Assembly: GCA_965205975.1 (NCBI GenBank)
Contig: OZ242195.1
Span: forward strand, 3,104,001 to 3,168,000
Length of the DNA stretch: 64,000 nucleotides
Source: Candidatus Latescibacterota bacterium
GTDB taxonomy: Bacteria > Latescibacterota > UBA2968
Direction: 5' to 3'
Below are positions 1-9,825 of the stretch, one piece after another; the stretch's first letter is position 1; every line of letters starts with the position of its first letter. The notes under the pieces were generated by a model. That model worked only from the letters and a program-made list of their open reading frames with translations. It was not told the DNA's origin and did no database searches. The translations under genes were made by a program, and so were the position numbers.

Positions 1-908
1 ATCTGATAGACAGCGAGGACTTCGCCGAGTTTCATAGCCCCGTCCTGCAATTGCAAGAAGCCATATAGCAATATGCCGGTTGCGCCCAATCCACTTATGA
101 TCATCAGGGTAACGCTCAGGCCAGTGTTCAAAGCATTTTGTCGAAAACCAATCCGTAAATTCTGCTGCAGCCGCTTGAAAAAGCGCGTTGATTCTGCTGC
201 TTCCTGGGCATAGTGTTTGATAGTCGCAACATAAGTCAATTTTTCTTCAATCAGCGATTGCAACTCTGCATTGGCATTTCTCATCTCCTCTGTATTTTTC
301 CGCAGGGGACTCATAAATAGCATTGCGCCAGTCGCATAAAAAGGCAATACACCCAGTGCCATAAGGGTCATTGTCGGACTGATATTCCAGAGCAAAACAA
401 GCCCCACAATAAGGGTCACAAACTGAGTCGCCACATTGACCGGCAGATTCACGGTATTGGTCTGTGCGCTATTGGCATCATCCATTACGCGCACCATCAA
501 CTGCCCGGTTGAATATTTGTCAAAATACGAGAGCGGCAGATTGCTGAGTTTTGTCTGTACCTGTGACCGCAATCGAAACAAAACGCGCTGTCCTGCCGAG
601 GATGTTAAATATCCAGAAATGCCACCAAATCCAGCCGTTCCAAACCGCAGTGATAGGCTAATGGCCAGAAAGATCCACAGCCCTTCAAATTTATCCTCAG
701 TACTCACAGGCGACTGGCTCTGCTCTGGTTGCACAACTGCGACATTGCCTGGCCTTGCAACCTGGAGAACATCATCAACCAGCCATTTACCCAACAAACT
801 GAATCCATAAGGCGCTTGATTAGCCGTCACGGTCAGCAAGAATGCCAGCAGCAGTTTTCCCCAGTGTCTCAGTACGTATTCCTTATAGAACCGTCTAATC
901 AGTTTCAC
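1..908 (-). CDS. ABC exporter permease/ATP-binding subunit (N-terminal membrane domain; runs off the window start)
   Basis: Not in the ORF track. My translation from GTG at 908 (GTGA overlap with the stop of the upstream ABC gene) reads MKLIRRFYKEYVLRHWGKLLLAF...LPLSYFDKYSTGQLMVRVMDD..., a typical ABC_membrane sequence open to position 1. Confidence 0.85.
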   Translation of the reverse strand, partial: MKLIRRFYKEYVLRHWGKLLLAFLLTVTANQAPYGFSLLGKWLVDDVLQVARPGNVAVVQPEQSQSPVSTEDKFEGLWIFLAISLSLRFGTAGFGGISGYLTSSAGQRVLFRLRSQVQTKLSNLPLSYFDKYSTGQLMVRVMDDANSAQTNTVNLPVNVATQFVTLIVGLVLLWNISPTMTLMALGVLPFYATGAMLFMSPLRKNTEEMRNANAELQSLIEEKLTYVATIKHYAQEAAESTRFFKRLQQNLRIGFRQNALNTGLSVTLMIISGLGATGILLYGFLQLQDGAMKLGEVLAVYQ

Positions 909-2674
909 GCCCCCTCCTCCACACTGTATTGTAGCTCAAACAGATTGCGATAATGTCCACCTTCAATCGCCATTAATTCGTCGTGTGTTCCAGACTCCAC
1001 TATTTTTCCATTTTCAATCACGGCAATGATGTCGGTTTCACGAGCGACACCCAGGCGACGCGCGACTGTCAGAATGGTCGTGTCTGGCAAATACTCAAAG
1101 ACGGCATTTAACACTTCGGTTGCACTTTCCGGATCTAAAGCAGCTATGGCCTCATCGAGAATCAGTATTTTGGGTTTTACAACCAGTGCCCGAGCAATGC
1201 CCAGACGCTGTCTTTGTCCCGCAGATAATCGAATCCCGCCTGGTCCTACAGGTGTTTCTATCCCCTCACTGAGTTGTGCTACAAGGCCATCCAACCCAAC
1301 AACCTTCAACACTTCCTGTAATAACTCCTCGCTTGCATCCGCTTTTCCATAAGTCAGATTGTCTCGAATCGTACCTCTAAAAATCCCAGTGGAATCGCGC
1401 ACCATAGGCACCTGTTGTTGATAATGCACCACATCGTATTCACGCACATCGCGGTCATTGACCAAAAGGTGTCCATCTTTCGGGTCAATCATTCTGCGGA
1501 TTGCACCGAGCAAAGAGGTTTTACCCGAAGCAGGCGGTCCAACAAGCGTCAGATTCTCTCCCGGGTCAATATCCAGATTCACACCGTTGAGCACGACCTG
1601 CCCATCTTCGGGATCGCTGTATTTGTATCCATTCATTTTTATGTTTACGTCAGCCCCATCTTTTAATTTTGCGCCCGATGTGTGCTCAATCTCCGGTGAT
1701 TGTCCAAATAGTTCATTCACGCGCCCAATATTTACAAGGGACTGAGCCGCAGCCTGGAGCATCTTCACAAAACGAACCACAGGGCCCATCAACTGATTTG
1801 AATAGGCCGCAAATGCAATTACATCACCATATTGGATCTCACCCTTTAAAAACAAATACACCGATGCTACATAGATACATGTTGCACCGGTGCCGTTGAT
1901 AAATGTCGTTGCCTGTGTAAATCCCATATTATAGACAATACCGCGGAGTGCTGTATCGCGACTTGCCCGCAACCGATCTCGGAAATGCAATGTGGATTCG
2001 TCTTCCTGGGCGTAACTCACCACGAGGTCATGGCTTGCCAGCCTTTCCTGGAGCATGCTGCTGACGTGATCCATGTGTCCCCGCAGTTGCACATTGTTGG
2101 ATTGTATGCGCCCGGTGAACAGTTTGTAATTCAGATAAAAAATGGGCACAAGTGCCAACGAGACCAGTGTCAATTTGCCGCTGATCTCGATCATGACAGT
2201 AATTGCAAATATTGCAGTGATTATATCGATCACCAGATTGATCAAATGCCCGGTCACCAGGTTTTGAACCGCGCCCACATCGCCCATCAGCCTTTGCATC
2301 AGGGAACCCGTGGGTGTCTTGTCGTGAAAACGCAGAGGCAGATGCAACAAGTGTTGATAAAGATCATTGCGGATGCTGGCAACGATACGCCTGCCTACAA
2401 TCGCAATAGCACGCGCGTTCATATACGTCATTCCCGCTCGCAGCAGTGTGATACCAAATAACGCACCGATCAATAATGGCAGCAATCCATACTGCCCATC
2501 TGAAGCCACATCATTGACCAGCCGACGCATCACCAGCGGCGGCAACAACCCAATCACCGTCAGTACACCAGCGAGAAGCAGTGCCCAAATAAATTTCCAT
2601 TTAAACGGTTTGAGGTACGGCCACAAATCCCCGATGCTTTTGATCAAACCCTCTTGTTTATTCTTTTTTGCCAT
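905..2674 (-). CDS. ABC exporter, fused permease + ATPase (MsbA/MdlA-like)
   Basis: N-terminal TM helices; Walker A GPPASGKT, signature LSAGQRQ, Walker B ILILDE. Confidence 0.92.
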   Translation of the reverse strand: MAKKNKQEGLIKSIGDLWPYLKPFKWKFIWALLLAGVLTVIGLLPPLVMRRLVNDVASDGQYGLLPLLIGALFGITLLRAGMTYMNARAIAIVGRRIVASIRNDLYQHLLHLPLRFHDKTPTGSLMQRLMGDVGAVQNLVTGHLINLVIDIITAIFAITVMIEISGKLTLVSLALVPIFYLNYKLFTGRIQSNNVQLRGHMDHVSSMLQERLASHDLVVSYAQEDESTLHFRDRLRASRDTALRGIVYNMGFTQATTFINGTGATCIYVASVYLFLKGEIQYGDVIAFAAYSNQLMGPVVRFVKMLQAAAQSLVNIGRVNELFGQSPEIEHTSGAKLKDGADVNIKMNGYKYSDPEDGQVVLNGVNLDIDPGENLTLVGPPASGKTSLLGAIRRMIDPKDGHLLVNDRDVREYDVVHYQQQVPMVRDSTGIFRGTIRDNLTYGKADASEELLQEVLKVVGLDGLVAQLSEGIETPVGPGGIRLSAGQRQRLGIARALVVKPKILILDEAIAALDPESATEVLNAVFEYLPDTTILTVARRLGVARETDIIAVIENGKIVESGTHDELMAIEGGHYRNLFELQYSVEEGA

Positions 2675-2690
2675 ATCACGCCTTTTTGCT

Positions 2691-3740
2691 CTATTCTGCG
2701 ATCTTCTTTTGACGCGCCTGCATCAATTCATCACGCCTTTGTTTTGCCAATTCTCTCATGTCCTCAACTTCATCAAATTCATCGACGATTTCCTGGCCCA
2801 GCATTTCTTCCAGCACATCTTCCAGGGTCACCACGCCAGCTACACCGCCAAATTCACCCAACACCACAAACATATGCTGCTTGCGTTCGAGAAACTGTCG
2901 AAGCAATTGATCCAGCGGCAGGTCATCTGCTACAAAATGCACCGGATGTATCAGGTTGATTAGTTTCTTGTCAAATTCGTCCTGCCCAATAGCATTCAAG
3001 ACCTCTCGCCGATGTGCAATGCCTACAATGTCCTCGCTATCTTTGTCGTAAATGGGCACGCGACCATGTACCCAATTTCCCGCTTCGTCTCGAATATCTC
3101 CCACGGTAAGCTGACCGCTCTTTGAGAATATGACAATGCGGGGTGTCATGACTTCCACAACTTTTTTCGATTTTAACGCGATGATATTTGTGATGGCATC
3201 CACTTCGTCTTTTTCGAGCACGCCCGTTTGTCCACTCAACCGTATCATAACCTGGAGTTCGTCTTCTGAAATACGCTGCTCCTGATTGCGCTTTGAAATC
3301 AGCCGTGTAAGCTTGCGTGTAAACCAGACCAACGGCGACATCACTGTCACCAGCAGTTGTAATGGTCTTGCAATAAATCCCGACAAGGGGCGGCAATAGA
3401 CAACGCCCGCTGTCTTGGGAAACACTTCGGAAAACATTAAAATCAGCAGCGTAAATACAGCCGAAAAATAGACGACATTCGATGGACCAAATACTTTTAG
3501 TGCTACAGCACCTGCTACTGCAGCACCGGCTGTATTGGCAATCGTATTGAGAGAAAGAATCGCTGCAATAGGTCGATCAACCTCTTTGCGCAATCGCTGC
3601 AAGATCCTGCCCGATGCACGCCCTTCCTGAGCCAGAGATTCGATATGACTAATAGGTACTGAGTATAAAATTGCCTCAAACAGTGAACACATCGCCGATG
3701 TGCCTACAACAACCATTACAATGATGATCAATTCAATCAT
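2691..3740 (-). CDS. CNNM (DUF21) + CBS domain protein (CorB/TlyC family)
   Basis: N-terminal TM segment with SEVFPKT, VMTPR, and CBS pair ending EFGGVAGVVTLEDVLEE. Start moved to ATG 3740, which has a purine-rich RBS. Confidence 0.88.
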   Translation of the reverse strand: MIELIIIVMVVVGTSAMCSLFEAILYSVPISHIESLAQEGRASGRILQRLRKEVDRPIAAILSLNTIANTAGAAVAGAVALKVFGPSNVVYFSAVFTLLILMFSEVFPKTAGVVYCRPLSGFIARPLQLLVTVMSPLVWFTRKLTRLISKRNQEQRISEDELQVMIRLSGQTGVLEKDEVDAITNIIALKSKKVVEVMTPRIVIFSKSGQLTVGDIRDEAGNWVHGRVPIYDKDSEDIVGIAHRREVLNAIGQDEFDKKLINLIHPVHFVADDLPLDQLLRQFLERKQHMFVVLGEFGGVAGVVTLEDVLEEMLGQEIVDEFDEVEDMRELAKQRRDELMQARQKKIAE

Positions 3741-3847
3741 AGGACCCCCGATATCTAATTCAATACTCCAACCAGATCGCAAACCAATCACTACATCTGA
3801 ACCTATCGCAAGTTATCATTGGCGCATAATGATTTCAACCTTTTTTT

Positions 3848-6220
3848 TTATTCACAGCGCAATATATCAACGGGATTGGCACGCGCTGTTTTCCATGCGA
3901 GGCATCCTGCTGTAAAAACAGCTATAAAAAGCAGAATCGCTATACTGAAAAGAAACGGCCAAACCGCGAGATCGATCTGATAGGCAAAATTCTGCAACCA
4001 ATCTCGCATCAAAAAATATCCAACCGGACAAGCAAGCACACTCGCGAACACAGCGAGCCTGGCAAAATCCCGGCTAATCAAAACCACAAGATGGGATGCC
4101 GAAGCACCCAGCACCTTGCGAATACCAATTTCACGGGTGCGCTGTTCAGCGGCAAAAGCCGCCAGACCCGCCAGACCCAAACAGGCCAGCACAATGGCGA
4201 CAATTGCAGACCGCGTAAAAATGTGCCCCTGGCGTTGTTCTCGTCGGTATTTAGAATCAATATAATCGTCGATAAAAAAGAATTCAAAAGGCCGCGTCGG
4301 GATAAAATGCATCCAGGTCTCTTCGACAAAAGCCATCGTCTCCCGAATACGGTCGGGTTTAATCTTGAGATGCAAGTATTTCAAATCCGCACCCGCCGCA
4401 GACAAAACCACAGGCCCCAGAGGCTCTCTGAGAGAACGCACATGAAAATCTCCCATCACGCCAATAACCTGCGCGGGTCTCTCCCCAATCATCAGCATAC
4501 ACCCCAGAGGATCTGCCCAACCAAATCGCTTTACAGCAGTCTCATTTACCACCACCTGAATCGCGGCTGCGTCCTCTGTCACCTGCTCCGCATAAGCCTG
4601 TGAAAAACTTCGACCCGCGAGCATCGGAATATTGTAACACGTAAGAAAATTCTCATTCGCCCGAAAAACGCGCACTTCAACCTCTCGATCAGGCATTTCA
4701 ATATCCGACGCAAAACGTCGGCTCGGCCAACTGTGCCCGGGCAAATCGGAACTCGTACCCGCTGCAATAATATTGGGATGCTGAAGAAAACGCTGTTTGA
4801 CCGCATTATACTGACCATTTAAGCGAACTTGCTCCGAATCCGGACCAAAAATTTTCACCACGACAATCTCATTGCGATCAAAACCCAGGTATTTACTCTG
4901 CACCAGATCCATCTGCTGATAGACCACGAGCGTAGATGCAATGAGAATCGCAGACACCGCAAATTGCACCACCACGAGACCTTTGCGCAACCAGAGATCT
5001 CCTGGAAGCCTGTTGCGCAGCCCCTTCAGCGCATCAACGGGCTGCTGCGCCGAAAGATAAAAAGCGGGATAACTCCCCGAAACCAGAGCAGTAACCAGCG
5101 CAATGCCCCCAATCCACAAAACATGATCAAAAATATTAAAGACAAGCGGTTGCCCCATCAGACCTGAAAATTGGGGCAAAAGCAACACCGTCAAACCAAA
5201 AGATACGGGCAGAGCAACCCCGGTAAACAACACAGACTCGCACAAAAACTGCCCCATAATATGTTGCCGGCGCGCCCCCGCAACCATTCGCAGACCAATT
5301 TCGCGGGCGCGAATAGCTGATCGCGCAGTAGCCAGATTCATAAAATTGATACAGGCGATGAGCAAAATACCCACGCCCAGAACAGACAGGGGATAGAGAT
5401 CGCGGACATCCCGATACGGCATCCCTCCATCACCCGTAAAACCCGCCAGATCAATCCTGGAATACAGATGGATGCGCGGCAGAGCCTGGAGATGATAAGT
5501 CGCCTCCGATTCAGAGGGAAAATGCACGGCAAGCGCATGCTCAAGAGCCTCAACATCTGCATCGGGACGCAAACGCACGTAAATCGGCGCAGCGCGTATA
5601 GCCCAGTTATCGGACGCAAAAAACGTCACACTATCAAACTCCAACCGCGTATTGGGAGGACGATCTTTCATCACGGCAACAACCGTAAACACCTGCTGAT
5701 AGGTCTCGCGCTGCACCTCAACAGTGCGACCAATGGGGTCTTTATGACCATAGAGCTTATCGGCAACACCCTGCGTTAAAACAATGGACGCATCTCGACG
5801 TTTGAGCGCAGTCGCATCCCCTCGAATAATATCCAGACCAAAAAAATCCACAACATCGCCATCAACTGGACAAAGGCGCTGTTGAAACAATCGGTCCTCC
5901 GCGCGAAACCAGGACGTGATGCGGCGGAACTGAACAACCGCCTCGACCTCGGGATATTCATCGCGCAAATGCATGGCAATCTCTGAGGGAAGAGCACCGC
6001 GCCATTCGACTTGCCCCCGCGCGTTTAGATCCCTCTTCATAATCCGATAGACGCGATCGGCGTGGGGTCGAAAGGCATCGTAGCTCATCTCGTAGCGAAT
6101 AGAAAGCACAATGAGCACAGCACACGTCAATCCAATGGCAAGACTACTCAGACTGATAAACGCATAGAACTTGTGACGCATCGCGTTGCGAATCGCAACT
6201 GTCAAAAAATTGTAGAACAT
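3848..6220 (-). CDS. ABC transporter permease, MacB/FtsX family
   Basis: ACINFMNLATARS..RAREIGLR and EQRTREIGIRKVLGAS motifs; C-terminal ANPVDILRCE. Confidence 0.92.
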   Translation of the reverse strand: MFYNFLTVAIRNAMRHKFYAFISLSSLAIGLTCAVLIVLSIRYEMSYDAFRPHADRVYRIMKRDLNARGQVEWRGALPSEIAMHLRDEYPEVEAVVQFRRITSWFRAEDRLFQQRLCPVDGDVVDFFGLDIIRGDATALKRRDASIVLTQGVADKLYGHKDPIGRTVEVQRETYQQVFTVVAVMKDRPPNTRLEFDSVTFFASDNWAIRAAPIYVRLRPDADVEALEHALAVHFPSESEATYHLQALPRIHLYSRIDLAGFTGDGGMPYRDVRDLYPLSVLGVGILLIACINFMNLATARSAIRAREIGLRMVAGARRQHIMGQFLCESVLFTGVALPVSFGLTVLLLPQFSGLMGQPLVFNIFDHVLWIGGIALVTALVSGSYPAFYLSAQQPVDALKGLRNRLPGDLWLRKGLVVVQFAVSAILIASTLVVYQQMDLVQSKYLGFDRNEIVVVKIFGPDSEQVRLNGQYNAVKQRFLQHPNIIAAGTSSDLPGHSWPSRRFASDIEMPDREVEVRVFRANENFLTCYNIPMLAGRSFSQAYAEQVTEDAAAIQVVVNETAVKRFGWADPLGCMLMIGERPAQVIGVMGDFHVRSLREPLGPVVLSAAGADLKYLHLKIKPDRIRETMAFVEETWMHFIPTRPFEFFFIDDYIDSKYRREQRQGHIFTRSAIVAIVLACLGLAGLAAFAAEQRTREIGIRKVLGASASHLVVLISRDFARLAVFASVLACPVGYFLMRDWLQNFAYQIDLAVWPFLFSIAILLFIAVFTAGCLAWKTARANPVDILRCE

Positions 6221-6226
6221 GGAAAC

Positions 6227-7075
6227 TCAGGGAAAACGACCAGCGTGTTGATAAACGCGGTCTCCGTGTGCCATAAGCATCTCATTCTCTTCTGGCGCAG
6301 GTGCCCGCCAATCATCCAACAGTGAAAAATCGTGCTCAAGCTCCGCCCGGTCATTAGGCGCTGCAATGGCGATGGCGACAGAGGGATAGGCCAGTGCAAA
6401 GCGGTACCACTCTTTTGCAGGTGGCGGTATAAAATTGGGTGGATCATCCGGCGTGGGCTTCATCAGAGCGCCCCATCGCAGACAGGTATAAACAACCACC
6501 GGAATACTGATCGGATCGGTCAACGGGAACACATCCTCTTCTGCCCCCCGGTGGGCGGCATTGTAGCGGAGCATAAGCATATCCAGAGGGCGGGACTCAA
6601 CCTGTTCAGATGCTCTGAGTTCACCTGTAGCAATGCGCGCGGCCATATTGCGCTGGTGGCTGGTAAGGCCCAGAAAGCGCAACTTACCCTGCTCTTGGGC
6701 GCGAGCCATAGCTTCATAAGCGCCCCCTTCAGACGCAATATCGCACCATTCGCCCTCGCTCTCCACATAGTAAAAAGTCACAACATCTATATAATCGGTA
6801 TTCAGTTCACGCAACGCATCTTCAAGCTCTCGTTCCGCACCTGAAGCAGTACGGGACTTGAGCTGCCATGCCAGCACAATCTCCTCCCGCTCCACCCCCA
6901 TACCCGCAACAGCGCTACTCAAACCATCGGGACGACCGCACCAATTGAGATAATTGACACCGCGCTCAACTGCATAACGGACATCGGCAGGGGACAGGTG
7001 GGTATTGCCCCTCGTAGCCAGACCCAGGCGACAAAGAGGAGGTGTGTTGTCGTCAAATTGAAAGGTACGTCGCAT
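6227..7075 (-). CDS. Aldo/keto reductase family protein
   Basis: ERGVNYL, LRELNTDYIDVV, QGKLRFLGLTSH motifs. Start placed at ATG 7075 because the longer ORF overlaps the C-gene promoter. Confidence 0.8.
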   Translation of the reverse strand: MRRTFQFDDNTPPLCRLGLATRGNTHLSPADVRYAVERGVNYLNWCGRPDGLSSAVAGMGVEREEIVLAWQLKSRTASGAERELEDALRELNTDYIDVVTFYYVESEGEWCDIASEGGAYEAMARAQEQGKLRFLGLTSHQRNMAARIATGELRASEQVESRPLDMLMLRYNAAHRGAEEDVFPLTDPISIPVVVYTCLRWGALMKPTPDDPPNFIPPPAKEWYRFALAYPSVAIAIAAPNDRAELEHDFSLLDDWRAPAPEENEMLMAHGDRVYQHAGRFP

Positions 7076-7092
7076 AGTGTTCTCTCTTGAAC

Positions 7093-7125
7093 TGAATACT
7101 ATAGTCTGTGGACTAATAGTATTCA
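7093..7125 (+). promoter_or_regulatory. Tandem C-box operator for the R-M controller protein
   Basis: TGAATACTATAGTC-TGTG-GACTAATAGTATTCA: dyad symmetry with ACT-N-AGTC half-sites and a central GTG, just upstream of the HTH controller gene, resembling C.AhdI/C.Esp1396I-type operators. Confidence 0.8.
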
Positions 7126-7143
7126 ATTTACGTACGTTTATAT

Positions 7144-7386
7144 ATGATGAATGAGGCTCTTGCAAAAATTCTCAAACGCTTGAGAAAAAAAAAGAATCTA
7201 AGCCAAGAAGCATTCGGTTTTGAATGCGGAATCCACAGGACTTATGTAAGCCAGCTTGAAAGAGGATTAAAAAGTCCATCTCTCAAAACATTGTGCAAAA
7301 TTTGTGGCGTATTAGAGATTAGTCTTGCAGATCTGATGATATTATTGGAAAAGGAAATGAAGGGTGTATCGTCTGACCAGTCGTGA
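7144..7386 (+). CDS. XRE-family HTH protein, R-M controller (C) protein
   Basis: LSQEAFGFECGIHRTYVSQLERGLKSPSL is a classic C-protein HTH; the gene overlaps the start of the putative REase. Confidence 0.85.
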   Translation: MMNEALAKILKRLRKKKNLSQEAFGFECGIHRTYVSQLERGLKSPSLKTLCKICGVLEISLADLMILLEKEMKGVSSDQS

Positions 7387-8077
7387 ATTGGAAAAACTAA
7401 AAAAAGCACTGGAAGCAATATATACCGTGCCATTTATTGATGACGTTGAAGATTATATTTGGGAAGCAATCTTTTGTTATGTAAAAAATATTCCTCCCGT
7501 AGATCCACTTTTAAATATAAGGGAAAAGAGGCTCTTTGATATTGTCGATTCTTCCACTGCTGTAGGATGGTCTGCAAAGGCTTTACAAGCAACAGTCGGT
7601 CCATCTCGCCAATTTGAATTGGTCATCCAACGAGCAGACATCTTCAAAAAAAGTCAAGAACTTGGCTTTAATTCGCTAAGCGTGGCGTCTCCTCCTGAAG
7701 ACCTGGGTTTGGCTTTATTACGACACTGGTATGGAAAAGTGTATGAGGATGCAGAGGCACAAGGAGTTACAGATAGAAGGGTTTGTATTCTAGTGAAATC
7801 AAAAGATCGAAAAACCTATGGATTCCTTGAAGAAGACCTATCAGACTATAAGCCCCAGGAGCTTTATTGGATATGGACAAATGAAACAAAAACCGGACTT
7901 CAAGGAATAAGAAACAAGGATGGATTTTGCGTCTTTCGATGGTATCCCAATCAAAAACAATTTTTTGAAAGATTTATTCTACCAGAGGATACACATATTT
8001 TTTCAATCGAACCTACGCGATTGCCAATGGATGAGGTTGTTGATCTGTTGTTGAGCCAACTGAACAGCACCGTTTAA
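7364..8077 (+). CDS. Putative Type II restriction endonuclease
   Basis: Position in a C-R / convergent-M layout; AT-rich; possible catalytic segment E..WE...LFDIVD...GWSAK. No named homolog recognised. Confidence 0.65.
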   Translation: MYRLTSRELEKLKKALEAIYTVPFIDDVEDYIWEAIFCYVKNIPPVDPLLNIREKRLFDIVDSSTAVGWSAKALQATVGPSRQFELVIQRADIFKKSQELGFNSLSVASPPEDLGLALLRHWYGKVYEDAEAQGVTDRRVCILVKSKDRKTYGFLEEDLSDYKPQELYWIWTNETKTGLQGIRNKDGFCVFRWYPNQKQFFERFILPEDTHIFSIEPTRLPMDEVVDLLLSQLNSTV

Positions 8078-9173
8078 TGTCCTCAGCAAACACTTCCATT
8101 AATAAAGGGGGAACTGCATTACCCAACTGTTGAGATTTTTGGATGTAGGTCCCCGTAAATCTAAAATCATCAGAAAAAGATTGTAACCTCGCCGCCTCTC
8201 GTATTGTGATGAGGCGGATTTCTTTTGGATGACAAAATCTGCCTGATCCTGGATGAAACACCCACCGAGTAATAGTTGGAGCAATCATTTCACAATCCAA
8301 TCGTCCATAAGCTCCGCTATATCCAGATTTAGGTCTCAGGTGGTCGGGAAGGTCTTTGATACCTTGACCTGGTTTTAGAGAGGCGATTCTTGAGAACTGC
8401 TTCTCTTTTAATTTTCGGGTGATATGATCATAAATTTTTGTTGAATCTCGACGCATTTGACTTTGGAACTCATTCTCAGGTTCTTTGCCATACTCCATAG
8501 GTTCAAAACCTTCTCCATTTTCCAAAACAGGTAAATCAGATAAAGCTGACCAGGCAGACCTATACTGTATTATGTGACTACCCCAAAGGGATGGTTTCTC
8601 CACTGGGCCAAATAGAGGGGGAGAAAATGTAGGAGACACTCCTGTTCTTGATGCCAAAAAGAAGCACCTTCTCCTCCTTTGCGGAATCCCATAATCAGGG
8701 GCGTAAATAACCTTGACCTCTACCTCATAGCCCGCCTCATATAGAATATCAATGATTTCATCACGAACAGTTCCAGAATATGCATTGTAAATTTCCGCTA
8801 CATTTTCCATACATACAGTCTTGGGATATAGGGTCTTAACAAATCTGAGAAAATCCCTAAATAATTGATTTCTTGGATCTTCTAAGAATCTATAAGAAGA
8901 CGGTACATTTTTTGAAAAACCTTGACAGGGGGGACCACCAACAATACAGTCTAATTCTCCTTTTGTTAGATGCAATTCCTCCATAACATCTTCGGGATTA
9001 AGACGTGTCATATCGCCATTTATGATTTGGGACTCTGGATGATTAAAATTAAACGTATTGAGTGCCGGCTCCCAATTATCAATACCTGCAAGAACCTTGA
9101 AACCCGCCTTTGAAAGCCCCCAGGACATGCCACCGCAACCACTGAACAGGTCAAGTACCGTCAAATTATCCAT
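8013..9173 (-). CDS. DNA (cytosine-5)-methyltransferase
   Basis: Motif I DLFSGCGG, IV GGPPCQGFS, VI ENV, VIII QRRRR, IX-X REAARLQSF...GNAVPP. Confidence 0.96.
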   Translation of the reverse strand: MDNLTVLDLFSGCGGMSWGLSKAGFKVLAGIDNWEPALNTFNFNHPESQIINGDMTRLNPEDVMEELHLTKGELDCIVGGPPCQGFSKNVPSSYRFLEDPRNQLFRDFLRFVKTLYPKTVCMENVAEIYNAYSGTVRDEIIDILYEAGYEVEVKVIYAPDYGIPQRRRRCFFLASRTGVSPTFSPPLFGPVEKPSLWGSHIIQYRSAWSALSDLPVLENGEGFEPMEYGKEPENEFQSQMRRDSTKIYDHITRKLKEKQFSRIASLKPGQGIKDLPDHLRPKSGYSGAYGRLDCEMIAPTITRWVFHPGSGRFCHPKEIRLITIREAARLQSFSDDFRFTGTYIQKSQQLGNAVPPLLMEVFAEDIKRCCSVGSTTDQQPHPLAIA

Positions 9174-9216
9174 AGTTTTTGTATCCTTTGTTTACCATTG
9201 AATATATCACATATTT

Positions 9217-9229
9217 TGAATACTATAGT
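9217..9229. promoter_or_regulatory. Single C-box upstream of the methyltransferase gene
   Basis: TGAATACTATAGT is identical (13/13) to 7093-7105 and lies about 44 bp upstream of the MTase ATG. Confidence 0.65.
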
Positions 9230-9292
9230 AGTAATAATTAATTTCTCAGAAATGTCAACCGAAAATAAACCATATTACACAACGACCTCTCT

Positions 9293-9355
9293 GGGTCAAG
9301 TCCACTGACCCCTATCACGAGGCTATCTTTTTATAAAACTTTTTGGACTTGACCC
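9293..9355. repeat. Small element bounded by a perfect 12-bp inverted repeat
   Basis: GGGTCAAGTCCA (9293-9304) ... TGGACTTGACCC (9344-9355). Confidence 0.55.
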
Positions 9356-9507
9356 TCTATAGGCAAACAACCACTGAACATATGGATAGCCAGAATTTGG
9401 CAAAGTGTCAAGAGCAAACACAAACAGAATTTTGCTCTTGACGATGTAATTTGACATCGGGCATAAGTTGGCTATACTTGAGGGTTATACTTGAGAAGGA
9501 GATGATC

Positions 9508-9825
9508 ATGTCTGATTCTGACGAAATTATTCGCGTCGGTCACGAGATTCCCGAGGTCGCTTCTGTAAAAACGCGAATGCCTTATACACTAATTGTAACC
9601 TTTGAGGACGGCACTTGTCGGGAAACCCTGTTAAATCCCGATGATTTGGTTGGCCTCATGGCCTCCTTAAAAGATCCAGATTACTTTGCTCGAGCATTTG
9701 TAGATACTCACACCAGGACCGTTGCCTGGCCTAATGGGATCGATTTAGACCCTTGTGTGCTCTATGAGCCATCCTTGCGAACAAAAGTGAAACGAAAGCA
9801 TATTGACAAAACACAATCCCTATGA
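9508..9825 (+). CDS. DUF2442 family protein (antitoxin-like), orphan
   Basis: YTLIVTFEDG...LKDPDYF...TVAWPNGIDLDPCVLY; RBS AAGGAG upstream of ATG 9502/9508. Confidence 0.8.
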   Translation: MSDSDEIIRVGHEIPEVASVKTRMPYTLIVTFEDGTCRETLLNPDDLVGLMASLKDPDYFARAFVDTHTRTVAWPNGIDLDPCVLYEPSLRTKVKRKHIDKTQSL

